Shown here: positions 1-7,981 of the stretch, one piece after another
How the letters are laid out: every line of letters starts with the position of its first letter
How positions within the stretch are numbered: the first letter of the stretch is position 1
Origin: a virus
Lineage: Duplodnaviria; Heunggongvirae; Uroviricota; Caudoviricetes
DNA: 15,411 bases
Strand: one strand, 5' to 3'
IMG/VR virus record: IMGVR_UViG_2802429249_000004
Location: 1 to 15,411 of that record
Translations under genes and position numbers: made by a program
The notes under the pieces: generated by a model
What the model saw: the letters and a program-made list of their open reading frames with translations, nothing else
What the model was told of the DNA's origin: nothing
Databases searched by the model: none

Positions 1-1215
1 ATGCTGCTTTCAGACCTTGCTATCAGACGCGCGAAGCCGAAAGAAAAGGCTTATACGCTCAATGACGGTAACGGGCTTTCGTTACTCATTGAGCCGAACG
101 GCTCGAAAGGGTGGCGACTACGTTACAGGTTTGCAGGAAAGCCCAAAATGTTGTCATTGGGCGTGTACCCTGATGTGTCTCTGTCTGATGCCAGGGCGGC
201 AAGGGATGAGGCTAAAAGGCTTCTTGCTGGTGGTATAAATCCAAGTGAGGCCAGAAAAGCCCAAAAGCGAGAACAGGCGAGCAAATTTGGCAATACTTTT
301 GAGGGTATCGCTCGCGAATGGTACGAAAAGCGGATCGACAGGTGGTCATCGTCATACGCCGAGGAAATGATCGAGACGTTTGAAAAAGACGTTTTTCCGT
401 ACATTGGCGGTAGGCCGATCGCAGAAATTAAGCCGATGGAATTGCTGGCGGTTCTTTCCCGTCTTAATGACCGTGGTGCGACTGAAAAATTGCGTAAGGT
501 TCGCCAGCGATGTGGCGAGGTGTTCCGGTACGCAATCATCACCGGACGCGCCGAATATAATCCAGCCCCTGACCTGGTGAGCGCATTTGCTCCACATAAA
601 AAAGAGCATTACGCCTATCTGAAGGCCGACGAACTGCCGGAATTTTTCCGCGTTTTTAATACGTACACCGGAAGCCAGATCGTCAAACTGGCAATGCGGC
701 TATTAATTCTGACAGGTGTCAGACCCGGGGAATTACGGCAGGCAGAATGGCGGGAGATCGATTTTGATAATCGTTTGTGGGAAGTGCCTAAAGAACGAAT
801 GAAGATGCGCCGTCCGCATTGTGTGCCATTACCAGAACAGGCGATAAAAATACTGGAGCAGTTAAAAAACATGACAGGCCAGTATCAGTTTATTTTCCCC
901 GGTCGTATTCACCACAGTAAGCCAATGAGTGAAATGGCGATGAATGTACTCATTCGTCGTATTGGCTACGCCGGGCGCGTCACTGGTCATGGATTCCGGC
1001 ACACCATGAGCACCATTTTGCATGAACAGGGCTATAACACTGCGTGGATAGAAACACAGCTTGCGCATGTTGATAAAAACTCAATTCGTGGCACGTACAA
1101 CCATGCGCAATATCTGGATGGTCGCCGGGAAATGCTCCAGTGGTACGCCGACTATATGGATTCGCTTGAGCATGGCGGAAATGTTGTTTACATAAAATCT
1201 GAAAAATTAAATTGA
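1..1215 (+). CDS. int: Site-specific tyrosine recombinase, P4-type integrase
   Basis: 404-aa ORF. N-terminus LSDLAIRRAKPKEKAYTLNDGNGLSLLIEPNGSKGWRLRYRF matches the P4/IntA integrase family arm-binding region. C-terminal catalytic signature GHGFRHT (H-x-x-R box) and RGTYNHAQY (tyrosine nucleophile region). ATG sits exactly at position 1, so the true start could lie upstream. Confidence 0.9.
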   Translation: MLLSDLAIRRAKPKEKAYTLNDGNGLSLLIEPNGSKGWRLRYRFAGKPKMLSLGVYPDVSLSDARAARDEAKRLLAGGINPSEARKAQKREQASKFGNTFEGIAREWYEKRIDRWSSSYAEEMIETFEKDVFPYIGGRPIAEIKPMELLAVLSRLNDRGATEKLRKVRQRCGEVFRYAIITGRAEYNPAPDLVSAFAPHKKEHYAYLKADELPEFFRVFNTYTGSQIVKLAMRLLILTGVRPGELRQAEWREIDFDNRLWEVPKERMKMRRPHCVPLPEQAIKILEQLKNMTGQYQFIFPGRIHHSKPMSEMAMNVLIRRIGYAGRVTGHGFRHTMSTILHEQGYNTAWIETQLAHVDKNSIRGTYNHAQYLDGRREMLQWYADYMDSLEHGGNVVYIKSEKLN

Positions 1216-1245
1216 TTACATTGATATTCTTATATAGGTGATATC

Positions 1246-2154
1246 ATGCTTCCTGAAAGATTGTTTTACACTCTGAATAAAGCAGCTTTTGAGATAAATA
1301 GAGATGTTTATGATTTATTTCACTATATATCAATCGGAATGGTTGATGTAGCAATAAATATAGACTTGTCAGATCTTATTGAAGAAGGAAGGGTCTCTGT
1401 TCGTGGTAAATTTAATAAAGAAATATTTACTAATACAAGAAGTAAAAAATTCAGACATCGCTCTAACTATGCAAAAATAAGTGAAGTTATTAGTTGCGAA
1501 TCTAATGGAAAGTTAAAACATAGAAAAGTCATTAAGGCATGTGGTCTTTTTTCTGTCCGAACATCCAATCTTTTTAAGATGGATGCTGATTTTGATAACG
1601 TGAAAGAATTTGTTGTTGATAGGCTATATCCAGTGAGGCTTCCATCTTTTACGCACTATAACTTGGAGGATTATAACCCACGAGTAATTTTAATTGATGG
1701 TGGTATAAATATTAAAACAAGCGATTTAGTTATAACTAAAAGTGAATTATTTTTGCTTAAAAATGGTGGAGTGACAATAAATTGGAGATTAAACCAAGTC
1801 AAATCATCTATGGATAAGTATCCCGATTTTATTAAAAGTAAAATGGATGGGGGAAATTCACGTAGTTGCGAAACAATTAACAAAATGGTGGGTAAGCCTA
1901 GAAATATCTATCGAAATGTTATTGTTGATGTAGCGAAAGCTACTCGTATTTCTTATCCGTGGAGCCATACGACATTAATTATCAATAAAATACACTCCTT
2001 GCTTTATTCTGTTGATGCTGTTAATACACCTAAAGTAGGTACAATTAGAAATATTCTTTGTTCAGAAGGAATTGGCAAAACAGGAGTGGAAACAAAAGAT
2101 GATTTCCGCTTGGTTATCCCAGAGGAGTACAGAAAATTATTTAAATTGAATTAA
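1246..2154 (+). CDS. Hypothetical protein, AT-rich orphan cargo gene (no recognisable domain)
   Basis: 302-aa ORF with SD-like AGGTGA 5 nt upstream of ATG. Codon composition is strikingly AT-rich (many AAA/AAT/ATT/ATA codons) compared with the flanking integrase and alpA. No competing ORF. Confidence 0.7.
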   Translation: MLPERLFYTLNKAAFEINRDVYDLFHYISIGMVDVAINIDLSDLIEEGRVSVRGKFNKEIFTNTRSKKFRHRSNYAKISEVISCESNGKLKHRKVIKACGLFSVRTSNLFKMDADFDNVKEFVVDRLYPVRLPSFTHYNLEDYNPRVILIDGGINIKTSDLVITKSELFLLKNGGVTINWRLNQVKSSMDKYPDFIKSKMDGGNSRSCETINKMVGKPRNIYRNVIVDVAKATRISYPWSHTTLIINKIHSLLYSVDAVNTPKVGTIRNILCSEGIGKTGVETKDDFRLVIPEEYRKLFKLN

Positions 2155-2252
2155 ATTGTATTTAATTTAAATTTTAATATTTAATTTAAAAAATACATCC
2201 TTCTCTTGTGTATATTCCAGAAACAGACTTTTATATGCATCAGGAGAAGTGT

Positions 2253-2453
2253 ATGGATAAGCAAAATTTAATTCGTATGCCAGAAACCATGCGCCGTACA
2301 GGCTATGGTAGGGCATGGATCTATAAACTCATTGCCCAAGGGCGTTTTCCTAAACCTGTAAAAATTGGCTCGCGAGCGATTGCTTTCGTTGAGAGTGAAA
2401 TTGATGAGTGGATTAATCAGCGTATTGCGGAATCACGCGGAACAGCTACCTGA
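2253..2453 (+). CDS. alpA: AlpA-family phage transcriptional regulator / excisionase-like HTH protein
   Basis: Sequence MPETMRRTGYGRAWIYKLIAQGRFPKPVKIGSRAIAFVESEIDEWINQR matches the AlpA/Vis family pattern (TG-x-x-R-x-TIY..., EIDEW). Start chosen at ATG 2253 because AGGAGA lies 6 nt upstream; the ORF track begins at 2208. Confidence 0.85.
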   Translation: MDKQNLIRMPETMRRTGYGRAWIYKLIAQGRFPKPVKIGSRAIAFVESEIDEWINQRIAESRGTAT

Positions 2454-2531
2454 TTAAATGGCTACGGGGCCAGAAGCCCCAGCTATCCACCAGCAAATAA
2501 AAAGTAACTTAATTCGATAGCAGGAGTTTTT

Positions 2532-3332
2532 ATGAAACTGCGAAAAACGCCCGTACAGGGGCAGGGCTTCGTTCGGCCTGAAAACCAGAATCTGCAAAAT
2601 TTCGGCGAAATTATCCCGATTATTTCCGGCGTTATTGGCGGGAGTGAAACCACTATTGTTAGCGCCAGAGCGTTACATAAGGCGTTAGGTGTAGGGCGCG
2701 TTTTCCGTTCGTGGATCAAGGGGCGCATTGAAGAATACGGGTTCACGGAAGGCGTGGATTATGAGGTTGTTGAATATTTGAGCCGACCCGATCCGGTGAG
2801 CGCAAAATCTCGCCAGCAAACCGCTCTTGAGTACATCATCACAGTGAACATGGCAAAAGAACTGGCGATGGTCGAACGCACCGAACAGGGCCGCGCCGTT
2901 CGTCAGTACTTCATCAAATGCGAGGAGGAGCTACACAAGGTAGCGCCAGTGCGTTCCGCAGCGTTACGCCGGGAACTGAAAGCCCGTATCACAGTTGCCA
3001 GCTACTTTAAGCCAATGTGTGCCGCGTTGGAGGCGTACCGGGCTGAACTGGGTAAAAACACGTTCCAGCACCACTACACCACGGAAGCCAATATGCTGGC
3101 GCGTATCGTGCTGGGTGGCATGACTGCAAAACAGTGGGCGCAGGCGAACGGCATCACAGGCGAACCACGCGACCACATGAGCACGTTGCAGCTTGAGCAC
3201 CTTTCTTACCTTGAGCAGAGCAATATCACGCTGATTGAGTTAGGCCTGGACTACCACCAGCGGAAAGCTGAATTAATTCGTCTTTCGCAGCGTTGGTTAG
3301 CCCGTCGCATGGAGGAAAACAGCCATGTGTAA
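2532..3332 (+). CDS. Phage antirepressor-like protein (AntA/AntB-type N-terminal domain)
   Basis: 266-aa ORF with AGGAG 5 nt upstream of ATG. Segment ARALHKALGVGRVFRSWIKGRIEEYGFTEGVDYEV resembles the AntA antirepressor domain consensus (..F..WIK.RIEEYGF.EG.DY). Assigned from memory of the family pattern, not searched. Confidence 0.55.
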   Translation: MKLRKTPVQGQGFVRPENQNLQNFGEIIPIISGVIGGSETTIVSARALHKALGVGRVFRSWIKGRIEEYGFTEGVDYEVVEYLSRPDPVSAKSRQQTALEYIITVNMAKELAMVERTEQGRAVRQYFIKCEEELHKVAPVRSAALRRELKARITVASYFKPMCAALEAYRAELGKNTFQHHYTTEANMLARIVLGGMTAKQWAQANGITGEPRDHMSTLQLEHLSYLEQSNITLIELGLDYHQRKAELIRLSQRWLARRMEENSHV

Positions 3333-4004
3333 CGCTCTGACCGTTACAAAAAGAGAAAGCGCCCCGTTGCCGGAGCGCCTTTGTGAACGAATAGCCTACT
3401 GCGCCATATTGCTTACTGTCTACGAGGCAGATTATAGCGTTGTGGTCGCACAGAGTGAAGGCGCTGATCACCGTTACTACAGCACGCCAGAAATGCAGAA
3501 TATTTTGCTGCAAAATGTCGTTGGTCACGCTGTCCGGAAAGCAAAAAATTTTGCTGGTAGCGCGACTGATGCGATTTTGTCAGGTCGCCAGGTGATGATC
3601 AATCTGATGTCTAATTTCGTTCTGGATAAAACAAAGGCGACCGCAGAGGGCCACCAGTGGGAAAGCTACACACTTGAACACATCGCCAACAATGCCAGAT
3701 TTGCGGCTGGTGGGCAATGTGATCAGTGTGCTGGCTTGCTGGTGGGCTATTCCTGCTCTTTAACATTGCCATGCCGCGATGTTTTCCAGGTATGCGACCC
3801 CATTTTTGTGCGCCTGTACTCTTTAAGGAATTTCTCAAGGATAAACGCACAGGGCGCGAATCTGTCTGACTCATATTCGTACGCTATCTTTCTGCGCTGT
3901 CTTTTCCGTGCCGGTGATGGTGTATTGGTTGATTCTTTGTTGGTCATTCTGTGTACCTGTAAAGCAATGCGCCGGAGTTCCTCACACCACGGCGATGATA
4001 GTTA
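3325..4004 (+). pseudogene. Stop-free frame beginning at an ATG overlapped with the antirepressor stop (CATGTGTAA); possible degraded or fused gene, 3' end undefined
   Basis: Start motif and first residues (MCNA...) mirror the coupled junction at 4856 (MCNA...). The first ~150 codons have protein-like composition. The frame then runs without a stop through the antisense of gene 4005-4310 and the promoter region into gene 4498-4863 (512 codons), with Cys/Ser-rich low-complexity translation in the middle. Confidence 0.25.
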
Positions 4005-4310
4005 TTATTCTGATTCTTTGGCCTTGCGGCGCTGGAGTTCTTCACGTGCGACGGTGACGAGTTGCCCGATCTCCTCGACAGCTTTGACTCCGATTTTTTC
4101 CACCTGCGCCAGTGCATTGAGCGAAGAAACCAGGGGATTTTCTCCGCTTCCTTCTGCCTGGCGGCGGGCGATCTCACCACGCATGGCGGTTACTATGAAT
4201 CCGGCGTTGCTTTCGCCGTCCAGTTTTACGGATTCCATGCCTTCAAAAGCATCATGTGGGATACGAATTGAAATCTGTTTTGATTTGTCGTTGATAGTGT
4301 TTTTTGCCAT
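4005..4310 (-). CDS. Small putative DNA-binding regulator (possible repressor of the divergent early operon)
   Basis: 101-aa ORF on the minus strand: MAKNTINDKSKQISIRIP...ELQRRKAKESE. AGGAGA lies 6 nt upstream of ATG (start 4310), and there is a double stop TAA TAA. It is divergent from the 4498 operon and shares the operator-bearing intergenic region. The ORF track lists it as 4005-4349 from an earlier ATG. Confidence 0.7.
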   Translation of the reverse strand: MAKNTINDKSKQISIRIPHDAFEGMESVKLDGESNAGFIVTAMRGEIARRQAEGSGENPLVSSLNALAQVEKIGVKAVEEIGQLVTVAREELQRRKAKESE

Positions 4311-4330
4311 GTGCATTCTCCTAAACAAAA

Positions 4331-4410
4331 GATGTGATTCAGTATACACAAAAAAGAATCACAAAAAATACTTGACCTGTGATTCAGTTAAATTTAATTT
4401 AAATCACACC
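4331..4410. promoter_or_regulatory. Divergent promoter/operator region: two dyads TGTGATTC-N14/15-GAATCACA overlapping a sigma70-like promoter (-35 TTGACC 4372-4377, -10 TAATTT 4395-4400)
   Basis: TGTGATTCAGT at 4334-4344 and 4378-4388 (direct copies). Inverted partners GAATCACA at 4357-4364 and AATCACAC at 4402-4409. -35/-10 hexamers with 17-bp spacing upstream of gene 4498. Confidence 0.5.
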
Positions 4411-4497
4411 TCAGTAAGAGGATGTAAACGACAACGCCCCGAACTGTTTGCGGCAGTAGCGGGGCGTCTAACCAAACCGTTAAATGAGGTAACGATT

Positions 4498-4863
4498 ATG
4501 GCTGGGGCACAGCATACCCAAACTCACCCTAAATTTATATACACCTTCCTGGCGGTGCACCGTGATTGCATGGCTGACGGTAAAAACACTGTTCATGTAG
4601 CCGCCGATACGCTGGTTGATGCCTGCGAGATGCTCAATGACATGGGCTATATCTCGGCAACATGGAAAGGGCGCGAAGAAAACACGTTGTTTATTCAGAA
4701 ATGCGAAAACAATTTTATCTGGCGTTTTATCGCCCTGAGTACGGCACAACCGCGCGTGATTCACATCGAGGCCACCAGCGAACAGGAAGCACGCCAGCAA
4801 TCTCCTGATGGCTGCGTGATGGTATTCGCTGCCCATATTCGCCAGGAGGTGGAGCATGTGTAA
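4498..4863 (+). CDS. Hypothetical protein (first gene of early operon)
   Basis: 121 aa. GAGG 8 nt upstream of ATG 4498. Stop overlaps the next start (CATGTGTAA). Confidence 0.65.
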   Translation: MAGAQHTQTHPKFIYTFLAVHRDCMADGKNTVHVAADTLVDACEMLNDMGYISATWKGREENTLFIQKCENNFIWRFIALSTAQPRVIHIEATSEQEARQQSPDGCVMVFAAHIRQEVEHV

Positions 4864-5080
4864 TGCAACATGGCCTGATGCAGCGGTAGACGCTATCAAA
4901 ACGCTGATGGATTCACTTATTGAGATTTCTGCTATCGCTGGTGTGGCGCATAAACACGCAGCCAGAGAATCAGAATGCATCTCCCATTATTTAGCATTTG
5001 TGCAGCTGAAAGCCGATCAGGCACTGGATAAGGCCGGAAAAATTATCATGGCTGATGTGCAGGAGGTGCACCATGCATAA
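4856..5080 (+). CDS. Hypothetical small protein
   Basis: 74 aa. Start overlaps the upstream stop (ATGTGTAA). Stop overlaps the next start (ATGCATAA). Confidence 0.6.
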   Translation: MCNATWPDAAVDAIKTLMDSLIEISAIAGVAHKHAARESECISHYLAFVQLKADQALDKAGKIIMADVQEVHHA

Positions 5081-5438
5081 CCTGTCAATTTCTGACCTTA
5101 ACAGCATTCAGTTTGACGAGAAATTTACCGGGCAGCTACTGGTCAATGTGGAGAATGGACGCGTGGTAAGTAATTATCACCTGCCGGATGGTGCAATTGC
5201 CGGAAGCGTTGAAGCATTGCTGGAGCTGGCAGAACGTGCGCGACTGATTAAGCCGTTAACGTGCCATCACGATGATAATCTGCATTTTACCGGACGCATG
5301 GTGAGTCACTACGAAAACGGCGTTGAAGTATCCTGCGAACGTCTGCGTGATGATTGCTGTTTCGGCACATTGCCGGAATTTATCGAATTGCTGACCAGTT
5401 GCGGTTATCAGGTCATTCAGGGGGGGAAACATGCGTGA
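5073..5438 (+). CDS. Hypothetical protein with internally duplicated ~50-aa FTG-motif domain
   Basis: 121 aa from ATG 5073, with AGGAGG 6 nt upstream; the ORF track starts at 5055. Two internal repeats (FTGQLLVNVENGRVVS...GSVEALLELAERARLIKPL and FTGRMVSHYENGVEVS...GTLPEFIELL) and paralogy with gene 5657-5857. Confidence 0.65.
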   Translation: MHNLSISDLNSIQFDEKFTGQLLVNVENGRVVSNYHLPDGAIAGSVEALLELAERARLIKPLTCHHDDNLHFTGRMVSHYENGVEVSCERLRDDCCFGTLPEFIELLTSCGYQVIQGGKHA

Positions 5439-5664
5439 TGATCGTTTTAATTCCCTGAAACAGGAGTTTGATGGCGCACCGGAAGATACATCGGGCGCAT
5501 TGTTGAACGTTGCTGACATGATGAAAGCTGCATATTTTCTTATCAATACCAATGGCTACAAGTCAGAGGGTGAAATGATTCTTAGTATTGCGTCGGACTA
5601 TGCGGAATATGTGGCAGAGGCGCGTTACAGAAGAAAATTCACGGAGGATATAAGCCATGCATAA
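5431..5664 (+). CDS. Hypothetical small acidic protein
   Basis: 77 aa. Start overlaps the upstream stop (ATGCGTGA). Stop overlaps the next start (ATGCATAA). Confidence 0.6.
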   Translation: MRDDRFNSLKQEFDGAPEDTSGALLNVADMMKAAYFLINTNGYKSEGEMILSIASDYAEYVAEARYRRKFTEDISHA

Positions 5665-5857
5665 TCATGAAGCGCATGTACCCGTAGTGCTTAATGTGCC
5701 AGATGATTTCACCGGACGCGTACTGGTTTACCTGGATAAAGGGAAAGTGAAATCACAACGCCGACTGAAAAGTAATGAAATTTTGGGTTCTCCTGAGTTT
5801 TTTTCTGAACTCTGTATTCGTGCAGAAATAAAACCGGAACTGCTGACAGGAAAATAA
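5657..5857 (+). CDS. Hypothetical small protein, single-copy paralog of the FTG-motif domain
   Basis: 66 aa, MHNHEAHVPVVLNVPDDFTGRVLVYLDKGKVKS...GSPEFFSELCIRAEIKPELLTGK. Aligns by eye with both halves of gene 5073-5438. Confidence 0.6.
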   Translation: MHNHEAHVPVVLNVPDDFTGRVLVYLDKGKVKSQRRLKSNEILGSPEFFSELCIRAEIKPELLTGK

Positions 5858-5861
5858 AACC

Positions 5862-6152
5862 ATGAAAAAGAAAAATTCTGGCTTTACTGCCAGCGGTCTC
5901 TCTCGGCCTGAAATCAGACACGGAGATATTTACCGCGACACCATACGTGGGGGACGAGCGGTTATTTGTCATGTTACGCCAGAAAATATCACCTACCGCC
6001 GTGACGCTTATGAATATGACTGCATAATGCCGTGCCGTCAGTTTGAGCGTGATTTTATTCTGGTGGAGAACAAACAACAGGAAGCGACGAGACGTGCAGC
6101 CATGAATATTAAAAAAATCCGGGCAATGTTGGTTGCGGGAGGTAAGAAGTGA
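5862..6152 (+). CDS. Hypothetical basic protein
   Basis: 96 aa. Stop overlaps the GTG start of the primase (GTGA), consistent with translational coupling. Confidence 0.55.
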   Translation: MKKKNSGFTASGLSRPEIRHGDIYRDTIRGGRAVICHVTPENITYRRDAYEYDCIMPCRQFERDFILVENKQQEATRRAAMNIKKIRAMLVAGGKK

Positions 6153-7954
6153 AAAACGCACCGAGTCTAAAATATCAGCCGAAGGATAAATTCACTGAGG
6201 TAATCATTTTTGCCGGGACGGATGCTTACGCCCATGCTCAACACTGGATTGAAAGTGAAGGACGAAAACACGGCGATAACGTGCCTCCTGTTTACCTGGG
6301 GCCAAAGCAACTGGCAGACCTGGCGAATATCCGCATTATTGACGAGAAACGCCGTTTTGCGCGTGTCTATATCGCGGGGGAGATAGAGCCAATCCAGATC
6401 AATACTATCGCTGAAAAGCTGGCGCTGGCTGGCGTACAGGACGCGAAATTATACAAAGGTATCACCGACCGGGAGCCGGAAAACTGGCGCGACTACCTGC
6501 AACGGATCCGCGAACAGGCAGAGAGTGGGGAAGTTTCAGCGATGAAATTAGCCACAAAAAATATTGACCTACCCAGGCCAGCACTAAATCAGATGGGAGC
6601 CAGCCAGAGAGGGGAAGTGTTACTTGAATATTATGGAAGAGCACTGGCTATAAATGATGATTCTGATGTAGTTCACCATTACAACGGAATTGTCTGGGTG
6701 CCTGTATCTGATAAGGAACTCCAGCGGTCTATGGCGAAGATTTTTATTGATGCTGGAATCAGTTATTCGCAAAACGCCATTAAATTTGCCGTAGACACAA
6801 TGAAATTGAGCCTGCCTGTTATGGGCGGGGCAGACAGGAATCTTATTGGATTCAGTAACGGGGTATTTGATACCCGGACGGGAAATTTTCGGGAGCATAA
6901 CAAAAATGACTGGTTGTTAAATGCCAGTGAATTACCGTTCAGCCCACCAGCAGAGGGGGAAACGCTGGCAACACATGCGCCGAATTTCTGGAAGTGGCTG
7001 CGTCGTTCGGTGGCAGATAATGATCGTAAAGCTGATCGCGTACTGGCGGCATTATTCATGGTACTGGCGAACCGGTACGACTGGCAGTTATTCCTTGAGG
7101 TAACAGGCCCAGGCGGAAGCGGTAAAAGTGTGATGGCTGAGATTTGTACCATGCTGGCGGGTAAGGCCAACACAGTATCGGCAAGCATGAAGGCTCTGGA
7201 AGACGCAAGGGAACGCGCGTTAGTAGTTGGCTTTTCGCTGATTATCATGCCGGATATGACTCGCTACGCTGGCGATGGTGCAGGAATTAAGGCAATTACT
7301 GGCGGCGACAAGGTGGCAATTGATCCGAAACATAAAGCCCCCTACTCCACACGTATTCCGGCAGTAGTGCTTGCGGTAAACAATAACGCCATGTCATTCA
7401 GTGACCGAAGCGGGGGGATCTCGCGTCGTAGGGTGATATTTAATTTCTCTGAGGTCGTACCGGAGAACGAACGCGATCCCATGCTGGCGGAAAAGATAGA
7501 AGGCGAACTGGCGGTAGTGATTCGCCATTTGCTAACACGATTTACCGACCAGGACGAAGCTAAAAGACTACTTTATGAGCAGCAAAAATCAGAAGAAGCG
7601 CTGTTGATAAAGCGCGAAGGTGATTCACTGGTGGACTTTTGCGGCTATCTGATGTCGTTGGTTAAATGTGAAGGAATGATGGTGGGCAATGCGGAAATAG
7701 TGCCATTTAGCCCGAGGCGATACCTGTATCATGCTTATTTAGCCTATATGTCAGCGCATGGCCTGGGAAAACCAGTATCACTGACACGCTTTGGTACTGA
7801 TATGCCAGGAGCTATGGCGGAATACGGAAAGGAGTATAAGCGGGCTAAATGCACTAAAGGCCCGGATAAAGGGCGAGTGATAACAAATGTTCTGTTAGAT
7901 GATGATGCTGATGGCTGGTTGCCAGCAGCTACAGGGATTAACGACAGAACATAA
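6149..7954 (+). CDS. P4 alpha-like primase/helicase (phage/plasmid primase P4-family C-terminal domain, D5-type P-loop NTPase)
   Basis: 601 aa. Walker A GPGGSGKS, with downstream segments typical of P4-family primase C-terminal/D5 NTPase proteins. GTG start with GGGAGG 6 nt upstream. Iteron cluster immediately downstream. Confidence 0.8.
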   Translation: MKNAPSLKYQPKDKFTEVIIFAGTDAYAHAQHWIESEGRKHGDNVPPVYLGPKQLADLANIRIIDEKRRFARVYIAGEIEPIQINTIAEKLALAGVQDAKLYKGITDREPENWRDYLQRIREQAESGEVSAMKLATKNIDLPRPALNQMGASQRGEVLLEYYGRALAINDDSDVVHHYNGIVWVPVSDKELQRSMAKIFIDAGISYSQNAIKFAVDTMKLSLPVMGGADRNLIGFSNGVFDTRTGNFREHNKNDWLLNASELPFSPPAEGETLATHAPNFWKWLRRSVADNDRKADRVLAALFMVLANRYDWQLFLEVTGPGGSGKSVMAEICTMLAGKANTVSASMKALEDARERALVVGFSLIIMPDMTRYAGDGAGIKAITGGDKVAIDPKHKAPYSTRIPAVVLAVNNNAMSFSDRSGGISRRRVIFNFSEVVPENERDPMLAEKIEGELAVVIRHLLTRFTDQDEAKRLLYEQQKSEEALLIKREGDSLVDFCGYLMSLVKCEGMMVGNAEIVPFSPRRYLYHAYLAYMSAHGLGKPVSLTRFGTDMPGAMAEYGKEYKRAKCTKGPDKGRVITNVLLDDDADGWLPAATGINDRT

Positions 7955-7981
7955 TACGAAATTTATAAGCTGAAACGTAAA

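Noticed and set aside
123-542. Minus-strand 139-aa ORF inside the integrase gene
   Set aside because: Antisense to a well-supported integrase CDS, with no SD and non-protein-like composition; treated as a frame artefact, as are other antisense ORFs in the track (352-609, 615-872, 862-1068).
2466-2480. Hairpin GGGGC-CAGAA-GCCCC after alpA as an intrinsic terminator
   Set aside because: No U-tract follows the stem (next bases AGCTATCC), so it may be an RNA structure but not a canonical terminator.
3747-3947. Minus-strand 66-aa basic ORF in the gap between antirepressor and regulator
   Set aside because: No SD upstream of its ATG and it overlaps the more protein-like + frame; insufficient support.
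3325-4863. Single 512-aa protein from the long ORF in the track
   Set aside because: The middle third is antisense to a gene with ideal SD spacing and double stop (4005-4310) and crosses an operator-rich promoter; the translation there is Cys/Ser-rich low complexity. The 3' third has its own SD and start at 4498. Kept only as a possible degraded N-terminal gene.
4480-4980. Minus-strand 166-aa ORF across genes 4498-4863 and 4856-5080
   Set aside because: Antisense to two SD-led, translationally coupled genes; Cys/Ala-rich composition typical of out-of-frame translation.
6763-7248. Minus-strand 161-aa ORF inside the primase gene
   Set aside because: Antisense to the Walker-A-containing primase/helicase frame; no supporting signals.
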